From contig JABAAH010000006.1 of the NCBI GenBank assembly GCA_014238855.1, forward strand, positions 4,804-68,803: a DNA stretch of 64,000 nt, read 5' to 3'. This DNA comes from Planctomycetota bacterium (GTDB taxonomy: Bacteria; Planctomycetota; Planctomycetia; Pirellulales; UBA1268). A model generated the notes under the pieces. The model searched no databases. It saw only the letters and a list, made by a program, of their open reading frames with translations, and was not told the DNA's origin. The translations under genes were made by a program, and so were the position numbers. Numbering within the stretch: position 1 is the stretch's first letter; each line of letters starts with the position of its first letter. Positions 30,172-39,068 of the stretch are shown piece after piece.

Positions 30172-30546
30172 CTACGAGAGAAAAACGATTGCACCAAGCG
30201 CGCATGCGACAATCGACAGTACGAAGAGAACAGTCATTAATAGTATTGAGTCAGAGCGATTTCTCGTGGGCTCAATATCCTTGACTACAATGTGTGGAAC
30301 CACTGCATCGGCATGAGTACCTGTATCAATTGAAAATTCGGTACGCAGGTTCTGCTTCTTGAGTGATCGAGGAGCAGGCGGCATCCTGAACTGTGCTACA
30401 GAACTTTTCGGTACGGGTGGAATATGACTGCTCTCGAGAGAAGTTCGTGAGTTTTTCATGGTTGGTGGTAACGGCAGTACCTTGAAGTATCCAATAAAAA
30501 TTGAGGAAAAACTATGGGGCTCACGAGGTCTTGGCTCATGAGGCAT
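30172..30546 (-). CDS. small Pro-rich protein with C-terminal membrane anchor, hypothetical
   Basis: 124-aa ORF with a single C-terminal hydrophobic helix. No known motif, and coding status is uncertain. Confidence 0.35.
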   Translation of the reverse strand: MPHEPRPREPHSFSSIFIGYFKVLPLPPTMKNSRTSLESSHIPPVPKSSVAQFRMPPAPRSLKKQNLRTEFSIDTGTHADAVVPHIVVKDIEPTRNRSDSILLMTVLFVLSIVACALGAIVFLS

Positions 30547-30623
30547 CAGTCAGTACGGCTATTCAGTCAGTGCGGCTATTCAGTCAGTGCGGTTATTCAA
30601 GTCAGTACGGCTATTCAGTCCGT
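30547..30623. repeat. 17-bp tandem repeat, about 4.5 copies (cagtcagtRcggYtatt)
   Basis: Read directly: copies at 30547-30563, 30564-30580, 30581-30597 and 30598-30615 (one extra base), then a partial copy. It spans the gap between two minus-strand genes and includes the methyltransferase stop codon. Confidence 0.9.
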
Positions 30624-31384
30624 TGCCATGCTGTGAGTTCTGCTATCGTGTGTTGATGTTTGCGGGCGGTTTCGCGAATAACAAAGGGAATGTCTTCGCG
30701 GCAATGTAACTTAAATTTTGGATGAAGGGCCCGAGATAGCCCCGTAATGGTATCAACGGGGTCGCCATTTTTATCTGTGCAGCCCCCAAGCCAATGATTC
30801 GTCGGGGTGTAGTCCTCGAGCCAGGTGTAGGGTGATGTAATCACGAGCCAACCGCCATCACGAATGCGGTGAGACATTGAATCAAGAAACAGTTTTGGCT
30901 GATAGAGTCGGTCAATTAAATTGCCAGCAAAAACTAGATCGTAGTCACGCATGTTTTCTGGGAGGTCGCATGCATCGCCGGTTTGAAAGTTGACACGATT
31001 CGCAATGTCGCTGCTCACCAGGCTTTCAAGGGATAGTCGACAATCAAGTGTTAGCTTTCCTTCAGTCGGAATTGTGTAGCGAGCGACACCACTCTGCTGC
31101 AGCGCCTTTGCCGCATCTATAAATCCTGATGAGTAGTCAACGGCATCGACATGTGTAAAGTGCTTTGCCATTTCAAATGAGGATCTTCCTACCGCGCACC
31201 CAACATCAAGGCAGCGGTCATAGCTTTTGAATGGCAGATTAGATTGCAAAAAATCAATGCACGCAGTTGGGAAATTGCGAACTTTGAAAACATCGGCCCC
31301 GTAATGGAAGCTCATGTACTGAGACACGAGTCCGTGGGTTTCGTAGAGAGCTGCACCAGGTGTTTGGGGAGTTGTTTGATTCAT
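30611..31384 (-). CDS. class I SAM-dependent methyltransferase, OvoA C-terminal-like (putative 4-mercaptohistidine N1-methyltransferase type)
   Basis: SAM motif I LDVGCAVGR and post-I VDAVDYS. The N-terminal LYETHGLVSQYMSFHYG...FPTAC resembles, from memory, the stand-alone OvoA C-terminal family. That subfamily assignment is unverified. Confidence 0.7.
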   Translation of the reverse strand: MNQTTPQTPGAALYETHGLVSQYMSFHYGADVFKVRNFPTACIDFLQSNLPFKSYDRCLDVGCAVGRSSFEMAKHFTHVDAVDYSSGFIDAAKALQQSGVARYTIPTEGKLTLDCRLSLESLVSSDIANRVNFQTGDACDLPENMRDYDLVFAGNLIDRLYQPKLFLDSMSHRIRDGGWLVITSPYTWLEDYTPTNHWLGGCTDKNGDPVDTITGLSRALHPKFKLHCREDIPFVIRETARKHQHTIAELTAWQRTE

Positions 31385-31407
31385 TAATTCCTGTTTTTCA
31401 TTAACGA

Positions 31408-32433
31408 TTAATTGTTGATAATCCGTGGTGCAGCTACAAGGCGATCAATGAGAATTTCTGGCAACGGTGCGGACGCTGCGAGCAAAGAGCCAATGATGCT
31501 GCCGCGGTGGCAAGAGTCACCACCGCACTGTGCATTTGAACAGATTCCATTTGCTGGCTTATCAGCGTGCCTATACGATAAGAAAAGTGCGGCAGGAAAT
31601 GCATCAGGGATGTAGCATGCTGATGAAAGAATGCCACCTACAACAACCCGATCAGGACAGTCTGTCCAACGAGCGATCTTTGCCCGTGATATCCATTGCG
31701 ATGCTTCATCGAGAATAGCCTCTTTCAAATGAGCACCAAGGCTAACGGCTGCGAGTATACGAACAACCGCATCAGCCGCAGCAAGCACATCGTTATCTTT
31801 ATGCGTGAGTGCGACGTGTTTTTGTACGATTTCACGAATGTCAGGATGTCTTGGCCCCAACGCAGCTATAAGCGCAGGCACAGGTACAAGGCCGCCAATG
31901 TGAATGTCTCGGACGCCGCAATTCATTGGCTTTCGGCCTGATGAATAGTTTGTGAAAAAATGTCGGTGATACTCTTCGACATACGTGTCGTTATGCTTTC
32001 CTGGGGTTAGCATGAAGTTGATGTAGTGGTCGAGCCACCGAGTGGGGTCGTAATGACCTGACCGCCGAACCATTTCGAAGAGCTCAATTGCGAGAAGTGA
32101 ATTGAGAGTATTTTCCCCGGCGTCTAGGAATTGGTGGTAGTGCACGCCGCGTCTTCCCCAATACTGCGACTGCTCTCGCAGAATATCACCATTTGCATTG
32201 AGTGGTCTGTACTCAGATCGCCAGAGGATACTGTCTGGGTGTGTTTTTTTTGGTGGTTGATAAGCGTCAAGGATTCCAAAATCTCTTTCGATTGCCGATT
32301 GATTGTAATACCAATGAACTGGCATCGCGATACTGTCTGCTACGAGAGCGCCGAGGAATATCTGCTGGCCAAAAGATATTTCTGGGGCTATTCTTTTCTC
32401 GAATGCTTGTACTTTCTCATCATCTGATTGCAT
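31408..32433 (-). CDS. ADP-ribosylglycohydrolase-fold protein (divergent metal motifs)
   Basis: 341 aa. The N-terminal GALVADSIAMPVHWYY and C-terminal GGDSCHRGSIIGSLL align to the ARH family motifs GxxxGDAxGxPxE and GGDxDTxxAxxG. Confidence 0.75.
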   Translation of the reverse strand: MQSDDEKVQAFEKRIAPEISFGQQIFLGALVADSIAMPVHWYYNQSAIERDFGILDAYQPPKKTHPDSILWRSEYRPLNANGDILREQSQYWGRRGVHYHQFLDAGENTLNSLLAIELFEMVRRSGHYDPTRWLDHYINFMLTPGKHNDTYVEEYHRHFFTNYSSGRKPMNCGVRDIHIGGLVPVPALIAALGPRHPDIREIVQKHVALTHKDNDVLAAADAVVRILAAVSLGAHLKEAILDEASQWISRAKIARWTDCPDRVVVGGILSSACYIPDAFPAALFLSYRHADKPANGICSNAQCGGDSCHRGSIIGSLLAASAPLPEILIDRLVAAPRIINN

Positions 32434-32438
32434 GGCAC

Positions 32439-33167
32439 TTACCGTAATACTTGCTCAAAAAAAGTTGCGACACGAGGGTTTCCAGGGTTTTCAAACACAA
32501 TGTTGGCTGGGCCGTGGGCTAACGCTGTACCATCACCTATGAAGGCAATTTCATCAGCGACCCGCCGGGCAAAGTTCATTGCGTGTGTCACCAAAACAAA
32601 GTCAGTCCCCGATTCCTTGAGAGATTCAATCATGTCCAGTACTTCAGCAGTCATCTCGGGGTCGAGGGCCGACGTAGGTTCGTCGAGGAAAAGTCGCTTC
32701 GGCTCTACAATCATAGCGCGAAGGATAGCAATGCGTTGGTTCTGTCCACCAGAAAGTTCAGCTGGTCGTTTGCTGGCGTGTTCATAAAGATGAAATCGTT
32801 TTAACGGTTCTTCAATTCTTGAAAGAGCTTCTTCACGACTTTTTCCATGCACGTGCACCAGGGGTAGAATCAAATTTTCACGAGCCGATAAATGGGGGAA
32901 GAGGTTGTACGATTGAAAGACTGTGCCAACCGTGCGGCGGTAGATGCGGAGGCTCGCTTCGTCTGGCTGTAAAACAGTATCGTCGAACGTCACTGTCCCG
33001 CTGGTTGGTGTATCGAGGCCAGCAAGTATTCGAAGTAGAGTCGACTTTCCACCACCCGACGGACCGACAAGGACCAGTGAATGGACTGGTTCTGTTTTGA
33101 GTGACAGTTTGTCAAGAACGCGTGTCGTACCAAACGTCTGAGTAAGATCTTTTATAGTTAAACGCAT
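32439..33167 (-). CDS. polar amino-acid ABC transporter ATP-binding protein
   Basis: Walker A GPSGGGKST, signature LSGGQNQR and Walker B LFLDEPTSALD. GlnQ/HisP-like length of 242 aa. Confidence 0.9.
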   Translation of the reverse strand: MRLTIKDLTQTFGTTRVLDKLSLKTEPVHSLVLVGPSGGGKSTLLRILAGLDTPTSGTVTFDDTVLQPDEASLRIYRRTVGTVFQSYNLFPHLSARENLILPLVHVHGKSREEALSRIEEPLKRFHLYEHASKRPAELSGGQNQRIAILRAMIVEPKRLFLDEPTSALDPEMTAEVLDMIESLKESGTDFVLVTHAMNFARRVADEIAFIGDGTALAHGPANIVFENPGNPRVATFFEQVLR

Positions 33168-33186
33168 GGGGTCGCTTAGTTGCTAG

Positions 33187-33921
33187 TTATCTTTCATACC
33201 GGAACGAAGCCTCAAGCCACCGGGCAGTGGCCGATAGCGGTAGGGTGAGCATTAAGTAGCCAATGGCAAGTGGTACATAACTTTCAAGGGTGGAATACGT
33301 AAAAGAATTAACTTCCTGGGCATTGAGGGTTAATTCAGAAATGGCAATAACGGACAACAGTGATGAATCTTTTATGAGTGAGACGAGTTGGCCCGCTATG
33401 GCTGGTAGAACAAGACGTACAGCTTGTGGCAGAACAACAAGGCGAAATGATTGCCAGCGAGTGAGACCAATAGCACGGGCAGAGTCTCGTTGAGTCTTCG
33501 GTATTGCATTAAGCCCACCCCGAAAGATCTCGGCCATATAGGCACCACTGAAAGCAGCGAGGACCAGTGTGCCAACTACAAAGCGGTTCTCTAACCCAAC
33601 GGCATTGGCCACGACATAAAACCCAAGGAGCAACTGTACAAGAAGTGGTGTTCCTCGAATGAGTTCAACGTAAATTCTCCCGGTTGCCTCAACGAGAGGA
33701 TTTCGAGCAGCCAAAAAAAGGGCGACAATCAGTCCGATAGCAACACTTAGCACTAAAGCAGCAAGACTCAGGCCCAAGGTCATAAGCCATCCAGAGATGA
33801 ATTTTTGTCTGTACTCCCAAACGCCAGACCAGTTCCAGTCACCGGGTACCTGGAAGCAAGCAGCTACAAGGAGAATAGTGACAATAACTGCGACAATAAT
33901 GTGTGCGAAAGAACGAGACAT
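33187..33921 (-). CDS. polar amino-acid ABC transporter permease
   Basis: 244 aa, HisM/GlnP-like, with the EAA-type loop (DSARAIGLTRWQSFRLVVLPQA). Confidence 0.9.
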   Translation of the reverse strand: MSRSFAHIIVAVIVTILLVAACFQVPGDWNWSGVWEYRQKFISGWLMTLGLSLAALVLSVAIGLIVALFLAARNPLVEATGRIYVELIRGTPLLVQLLLGFYVVANAVGLENRFVVGTLVLAAFSGAYMAEIFRGGLNAIPKTQRDSARAIGLTRWQSFRLVVLPQAVRLVLPAIAGQLVSLIKDSSLLSVIAISELTLNAQEVNSFTYSTLESYVPLAIGYLMLTLPLSATARWLEASFRYER

Positions 33922-34091
33922 ATCTATAGCGTAGAGCGTTTCGCTTAAAATGTATGATTGTAAATGTGTGGGTCGTACAGTGGCGTCAAAAAAAGAGCAA
34001 AAAACATACCGCAGCCTTTTTTCTTTCGGTTCTTCTTGTTTTTGTTTTTTGGCAGCGGAGAAAAGCTCGGTTCTTGCACAAATGGTTTATT

Positions 34092-34904
34092 TTAGAAGTA
34101 GAACGGTATGTTGTTGGTTTTGAAATATGCTTTTTCTTTCAGGAGAAATTTATCTCCGAGCTTCTCGAAACCACCAGTCTCTTTAAATTTCATGAGAAAC
34201 GCGTTAATCGATCTTAGCAGGGTGACATCCTGTTTTCTCAGTCCGATGGCCCATGTCTCCTCTCTAAATGGCTGAAGAATGGCTCGAGTTGTTCTTAGGT
34301 GACGCTGATGATGTCGGTAAACGGATAGCGAATCATAAATGAAGGCATCTACCTTGCCTTGCGTTACTTCTAAGACGGCTGCTGATTCCTTGTCTAAAAC
34401 AAAAACTCGTGCTTTGGTGAGTTCACGAGATGCGTACTGATGGGCTGTTGTTCCTTTTTTGACCGCGATTCGAATTCCTGGCTTTGTCAAATCCTGAGCA
34501 GAGGAAATTGGTGCGTTGATCCCTACGAGGAGCGTAAGCCCAGTTTTTAAATAGGGTTCAGAAAATTTGATTGCTCGAGCCCGTTCTGGAGTGGATGTCA
34601 TAGACGAAATAATGCAGTCAATTGTGCCTGTGCGCAGTGCTGGAATCAGTCCATCGAATGAAATATTTTCAATAAGAATTGTACGGCCAAGCGACTTGCC
34701 AAGAGCTTTTGCCAATTCGACACTAATGCCCTCAGGCTGGCCTTTGGTGTCAGTCATTTCAAATGGCGGATACGAGAGTTCCATCCCAACCCGAAGAGCT
34801 GGTTGAGCAGCATGCACTGTGGTGAATAAAGTTTTGTTAGGTAGTGCACTTATTGTAATAAGGATTGCCATCGCGCAATACAAAGACGAATTTTGTTTTC
34901 GCAT
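34092..34904 (-). CDS. amino-acid ABC transporter substrate-binding protein (family 3)
   Basis: Signal peptide followed by LRVGMELSYPPFE and GLIPALRTGTIDCIISSMT patterns of SBP_bac_3. ATG 34904 is chosen. Confidence 0.85.
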   Translation of the reverse strand: MRKQNSSLYCAMAILITISALPNKTLFTTVHAAQPALRVGMELSYPPFEMTDTKGQPEGISVELAKALGKSLGRTILIENISFDGLIPALRTGTIDCIISSMTSTPERARAIKFSEPYLKTGLTLLVGINAPISSAQDLTKPGIRIAVKKGTTAHQYASRELTKARVFVLDKESAAVLEVTQGKVDAFIYDSLSVYRHHQRHLRTTRAILQPFREETWAIGLRKQDVTLLRSINAFLMKFKETGGFEKLGDKFLLKEKAYFKTNNIPFYF

Positions 34905-35087
34905 ATAGTAGCCCAGTAAGTTTTTCAATTTGTAACAGTATATGAACAATAAGAACACTACAGGATTGCACGGTGTGTTTCTGTTGCCGATGTATCCTGT
35001 TGATAGTCAAGAGACTCGATGTTTCAGTCGATTGTTCCGTAATTAGGATATAGCAGTCGTGGCTATGCACATCCCCCTTTTTACGGA

Positions 35088-35398
35088 TTGTTTATGAAGA
35101 TACGAAACGCATTGTTACTCTACTGTTGCGCTTTTGTGTCACCCTTTTTTGAAGTCGAACATGACCAGGATCCAAGCAAGGTGGAGTTCTTTGAACGCAT
35201 TTATGGAATCGAGATTAAAGAAGTAAAGCCTTTGGAGGAGTATCAGGATCCGGGCACCTTCTATTCCGAAGTTACAAAAAAGTAGGTATTCCTCAGGTCG
35301 CACGCGATGCTATCGAAAAAGAATTTGGATGGAAGCAGGATGACAAGCATTTTTTCTATGCAACTATGATTAAGGGTGGGAAGATATCATCTGATTAG
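35088..35398 (+). pseudogene. possible frameshifted small secreted protein gene
   Basis: The 65-aa ORF (signal-peptide-like N-terminus) stops at 35283-35285 just after an A6 run (35276-35281). The frame that follows continues with protein-like KVGIPQVARDAIEKEFGWKQDDKHFFYATMIKGGKISSD up to the TAG at 35396-35398. Confidence 0.3.
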
Positions 35399-35662
35399 GG
35401 TGTGATAGTGACAAGAATTCCAATTGCTTTAAAAAAGCCCCAGTCGATTGAAGAGAGAAAATCACTGCTGCAATGAATGGAGATGAAATCGTTGTGATTT
35501 CATGCGATGGTGGTATTTCTCTTCCGAAGGAAGCGGAGTTGTGTAAGTAGAAAAACAAGAAGGTTCGTCTAAATCTCTAATGACATTGGACATACTTAAT
35601 GTGAAGTGTCGTAAGCACGCAGTAATGGCCTTGCGATACAATGATCTTCGCCGATCCATTTT

Positions 35663-36607
35663 TTATTTGTTATCTGCTTGAACAAATCCAGCATCGATAA
35701 GATCTGTGTAGCCAGGCCGTAGAGCACGTGCGTCATAACCATAAGAAGATAGGATACGGGATGCCTCGAGACACCGGCCGCCGGATAAACAATGGCAGTA
35801 AATGATCTTACCACGAGGCAATCGGCCGTCTAATTTATTCTCTGTACTGGTTCGAAGTTCACTGAGAGGTAGAGACTGAGCAAGAGCAAGATGACCACCT
35901 GACCATTCGCTCGGTTCTCGAACATCGATGAGAATTGCACTTTGATTCATTATCTTGTGCCGAGCATCAATAAGTGAATCCTTTGTGTGCGTGGCGGCAA
36001 AGAGAGAACAGTTTGTTCCTATGAAGAGTGCTATGAGAAGTCCTGTGGTTCTGCATGTGGTTTTGGAAGACCGAGATTGGTTCCATGGCATTTTTGCAAT
36101 AATCATTGCCATTCCACACGTATCAGTAATGCCAGCAAAAACGAGACCTGCTCCTATGAATCCAGCAACGAACAGGCCGGCACTTTGCATCCCGTAGCTA
36201 GTTCCACATGATGCCATAAGAACACCCGTGAAGACGAGCGCTCCTGCTGAAATCCGAACCTGTCTTTCAAGAGATATCGTCTTCAGACCTCGTACCACAG
36301 GAAGGCCCGCTGCTTCGCATGCGATGGTTCCCCCTTCAATATTTATTACTTTTGTGAAACCGGCCGTCATCATTGCTTCGCAGGCTCTACGGCTGCGACC
36401 TCCAGACTGGCAGATAAAGTACAAGAATCCATCCTCGCCAGGATTTAAATCCGATGTCGCTGCGTCGAGCTGATCGAGAGGTATGTTTTCTACATTCTGG
36501 ATATGAATTTCATCGAACTCGGCCGGGGTACGAACATCAATAATTTTAATTGAGTTACTTTTTTGGATGCAGGAGAGAAGTTGCTTGGGAGATACGGTTT
36601 CAATCAT
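35663..36607 (-). CDS. rhodanese - membrane (DUF2892/YgaP-like) - rhodanese protein
   Basis: The N-terminal rhodanese has active loop CQSGGRSRRA. A central block of glycine-rich hydrophobic helices follows. The C-terminal rhodanese has loop CHCLSGGRC. Confidence 0.8.
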   Translation of the reverse strand: MIETVSPKQLLSCIQKSNSIKIIDVRTPAEFDEIHIQNVENIPLDQLDAATSDLNPGEDGFLYFICQSGGRSRRACEAMMTAGFTKVINIEGGTIACEAAGLPVVRGLKTISLERQVRISAGALVFTGVLMASCGTSYGMQSAGLFVAGFIGAGLVFAGITDTCGMAMIIAKMPWNQSRSSKTTCRTTGLLIALFIGTNCSLFAATHTKDSLIDARHKIMNQSAILIDVREPSEWSGGHLALAQSLPLSELRTSTENKLDGRLPRGKIIYCHCLSGGRCLEASRILSSYGYDARALRPGYTDLIDAGFVQADNK

Positions 36608-36778
36608 AGGTCTGCCTATCTGGAGAGGCGATTATTGAGGGAATTAACATTATTTTTACAATGGTTTGCCACCTTGGTGCGAAAGCCGTCGTGCACGTCT
36701 TCGTCAACTGATATAGTACACCACGTTATTAGAGTAAAAGATTTTCTTATTTTGGTTAGATCGAGAAGGAATTGTTAG

Positions 36779-38449
36779 ATGAGCTCAAAAGAAGTTCATG
36801 ATCGTGTGTTGGCAGAGCGTACGCAGCTAGAAGAAGCTCAAGCTGCTGGTCTTGGACGTACTCTTGCGACGTACACCCGCCTTTCTGGTCCCGGCTGGTT
36901 GCAATCGGCTATCACCCTTGGTGGAGGCTCATTGGCGGGATCACTCTATTTAGGCGTAATTGGTGGTTATGAGTTTCTTTGGTTACAGCCTCTCATGATG
37001 ATACTCGGCATCGTTATGCTTTCTGCGATTGCTTACGTCACCCTTTCAACAGGGCTGCGGCCGTTCCAAGCAATGAATGAGCACGTTAGTCCAGTGCTTG
37101 GTTGGGGATGGCTGCTAGCGGCAATGACGGCGAACCTTGTATGGGCAATGCCGCAGTTTTCTTTAGGGACGGCAGCACTTCAGCAGAATTTATTTCCACA
37201 CTATCTTTCTGGTGATTCTGCAAAAATCATTTGCGTTGTAGGTCTGTTTTTGCTTGCTGCAGTTGTAGTCTGGTTCTATGACTCACCAGGGTGGGGCGTT
37301 CGAATCTTTGAGATATCTCTGAAGGCAATGGTTGGCCTCGTTGTGCTGAGCTTTTTTGGTGTTGTTGTTGCGATGTCTTGGAAAGGAGAACTTGACTGGG
37401 CTGCAATTGCACAAGGTTTTGTACCTGATATCAGCCTCCTTTGGCGGCCAGTAACGGGACTTTCTGGATTCATTGATGAATCGAGTGCTGCTGACTACTG
37501 GAGCACAACAATTCTTCACGCCCAACGAGAACGGATGATAGCGGCGGCTGCCACTGCCGTGGGAATAAACATGACCTTTCTTTTGCCATATTCAATGCTT
37601 CGCAAAGGCTGGAATCGTGCATTTCGTGGACTTGCGGCTTTTGATCTCTCAACTGGCCTGTTTATCCCGTTTCTACTTGCAACAAGTTGTGTCGTGATTG
37701 CTGCTGCCAGTCAATTTCATGCTGAGATTGATGAAAAAATCATCAGTCAACCTGCTGCAGAAATTACCGGTTCATACAGAGACAATCTTGAAAAAAGAGT
37801 GAAAGCAGACGTGAGTGCAGATCAGCCTTCTTTGCTCAATGAGTCTGAGATGAATGCAAGGATCGACGCACTGCCGTCAGCAGATCGGAAGCTAGCTTAT
37901 GCACTTATCAAAAGAGATGCTTTTGATCTTGCGAATGCTTTGGAAGATTTGTTTGGTAAAGGTGGTCTTACACAGAAAATATTTGGTATTGGGGTTCTTG
38001 GTATGTCTATTTCAACCATTGTGATCCTGATGGTAATTAATGGATTTTGTGTTTGTGAAATGACTCATCGCGAAGGTGATCGAGTTGTTCAGCGGCTTGG
38101 GGCAATACTGCCAGGCGTTGTTGGCGGTCTTGGTTTTCTGGCCTTGTGGGGAGACGAACAGGCGAAATTCTGGCTCGCAGTCCCTACGAGTAATTTTGGT
38201 ATGGTGCTTTTGCCTATCGCTTACATCGCGTTCTTTTTTATGATGAATAGTCCGTCTCTGCTCGGGGATGCAATGCCTAGAGGAGGAGTTCGAATTATTG
38301 TGAACGCGGCGATGCTTCTGGCTATCGCTGCTGCGAGTGTTGGCGCCGGATTGAGTGTGTGGGCCAATGTCGGATGGATTGGTGTGATTCTTGCGGCTGG
38401 GTTTATTGTGGTTAGCGTATTGAACGCCAGTTCGAAATCATCAGCGTAA
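36779..38449 (+). CDS. NRAMP-family divalent metal transporter-like protein
   Basis: 556 aa and polytopic. GPGWLQSAITLGGGSLAGSLYLG resembles the conserved N-terminal Nramp motif region. Confidence 0.75.
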   Translation: MSSKEVHDRVLAERTQLEEAQAAGLGRTLATYTRLSGPGWLQSAITLGGGSLAGSLYLGVIGGYEFLWLQPLMMILGIVMLSAIAYVTLSTGLRPFQAMNEHVSPVLGWGWLLAAMTANLVWAMPQFSLGTAALQQNLFPHYLSGDSAKIICVVGLFLLAAVVVWFYDSPGWGVRIFEISLKAMVGLVVLSFFGVVVAMSWKGELDWAAIAQGFVPDISLLWRPVTGLSGFIDESSAADYWSTTILHAQRERMIAAAATAVGINMTFLLPYSMLRKGWNRAFRGLAAFDLSTGLFIPFLLATSCVVIAAASQFHAEIDEKIISQPAAEITGSYRDNLEKRVKADVSADQPSLLNESEMNARIDALPSADRKLAYALIKRDAFDLANALEDLFGKGGLTQKIFGIGVLGMSISTIVILMVINGFCVCEMTHREGDRVVQRLGAILPGVVGGLGFLALWGDEQAKFWLAVPTSNFGMVLLPIAYIAFFFMMNSPSLLGDAMPRGGVRIIVNAAMLLAIAAASVGAGLSVWANVGWIGVILAAGFIVVSVLNASSKSSA

Positions 38450-38478
38450 ATCTCAACAACAGCTTCTGCTTTGACTCT

Positions 38479-39033
38479 ATGCCCTACGAGGACACACTCC
38501 CACTACTTGCATTGTTTTTCGTGATAGCCGCTCTTTTCTTGTGGCTCTGGCGAAGTAGTGGTCAATATCAGTGGGCAGCAATTGCGTTTCTTATGTGTGG
38601 GACAGGCTGCGGAGCAGTTGCGATTGATTGGCTTGTTGTGACTGATAGGGAGCAGGTAGAAATTTTACTTCCAGCACTTGCTTGCGCTGTTGAGAGAAAA
38701 GATCTTGAGTTGCTCTTCGACGCAATCGCTCCTGAAAAGCAACTAGTTCGGGAGCAAGCAGAAAAAGCTGTTCGTGATGTGATGCCGCAACAAGTCCGGA
38801 TAACACGTCTTGAGATAGATATTCAGCAGGGCCCGGTATTTCCGACGGCAGTTGCGAATATGCTTGTTCGCGTTACGGGTAGTATCGGTCGGTCGAATGT
38901 GGAAAACGGCATCGTAAGCGTTGTTGTAACATTACAGAAAAGAAATCGTTGGCTTGTCACAAAATGTATTGTGGAACCAGCAGATCTGATGAACAAAAGG
39001 AAAACAACACGGGCCGGACAGGTCATACGTTGA
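38479..39033 (+). CDS. membrane-anchored protein, function unknown
   Basis: 184-aa ORF, 30 nt downstream of the Nramp-like gene. Two N-terminal hydrophobic helices, then a soluble domain. Confidence 0.5.
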   Translation: MPYEDTLPLLALFFVIAALFLWLWRSSGQYQWAAIAFLMCGTGCGAVAIDWLVVTDREQVEILLPALACAVERKDLELLFDAIAPEKQLVREQAEKAVRDVMPQQVRITRLEIDIQQGPVFPTAVANMLVRVTGSIGRSNVENGIVSVVVTLQKRNRWLVTKCIVEPADLMNKRKTTRAGQVIR

Positions 39034-39046
39034 CCGCCGGCCCGTG
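39008..39046. terminator. long hairpin between convergent genes (candidate bidirectional terminator)
   Basis: cacgggccgg (39008-39017) pairs with ccggcccgtg (39037-39046). An inner stem pairs ggtca with tgacc. The hairpin spans the stop codon at 39031-39033, and a short T run follows at 39057-39060. Confidence 0.45.
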
Positions 39047-39068
39047 CCGCTACCAGTTTTGCATAGAA

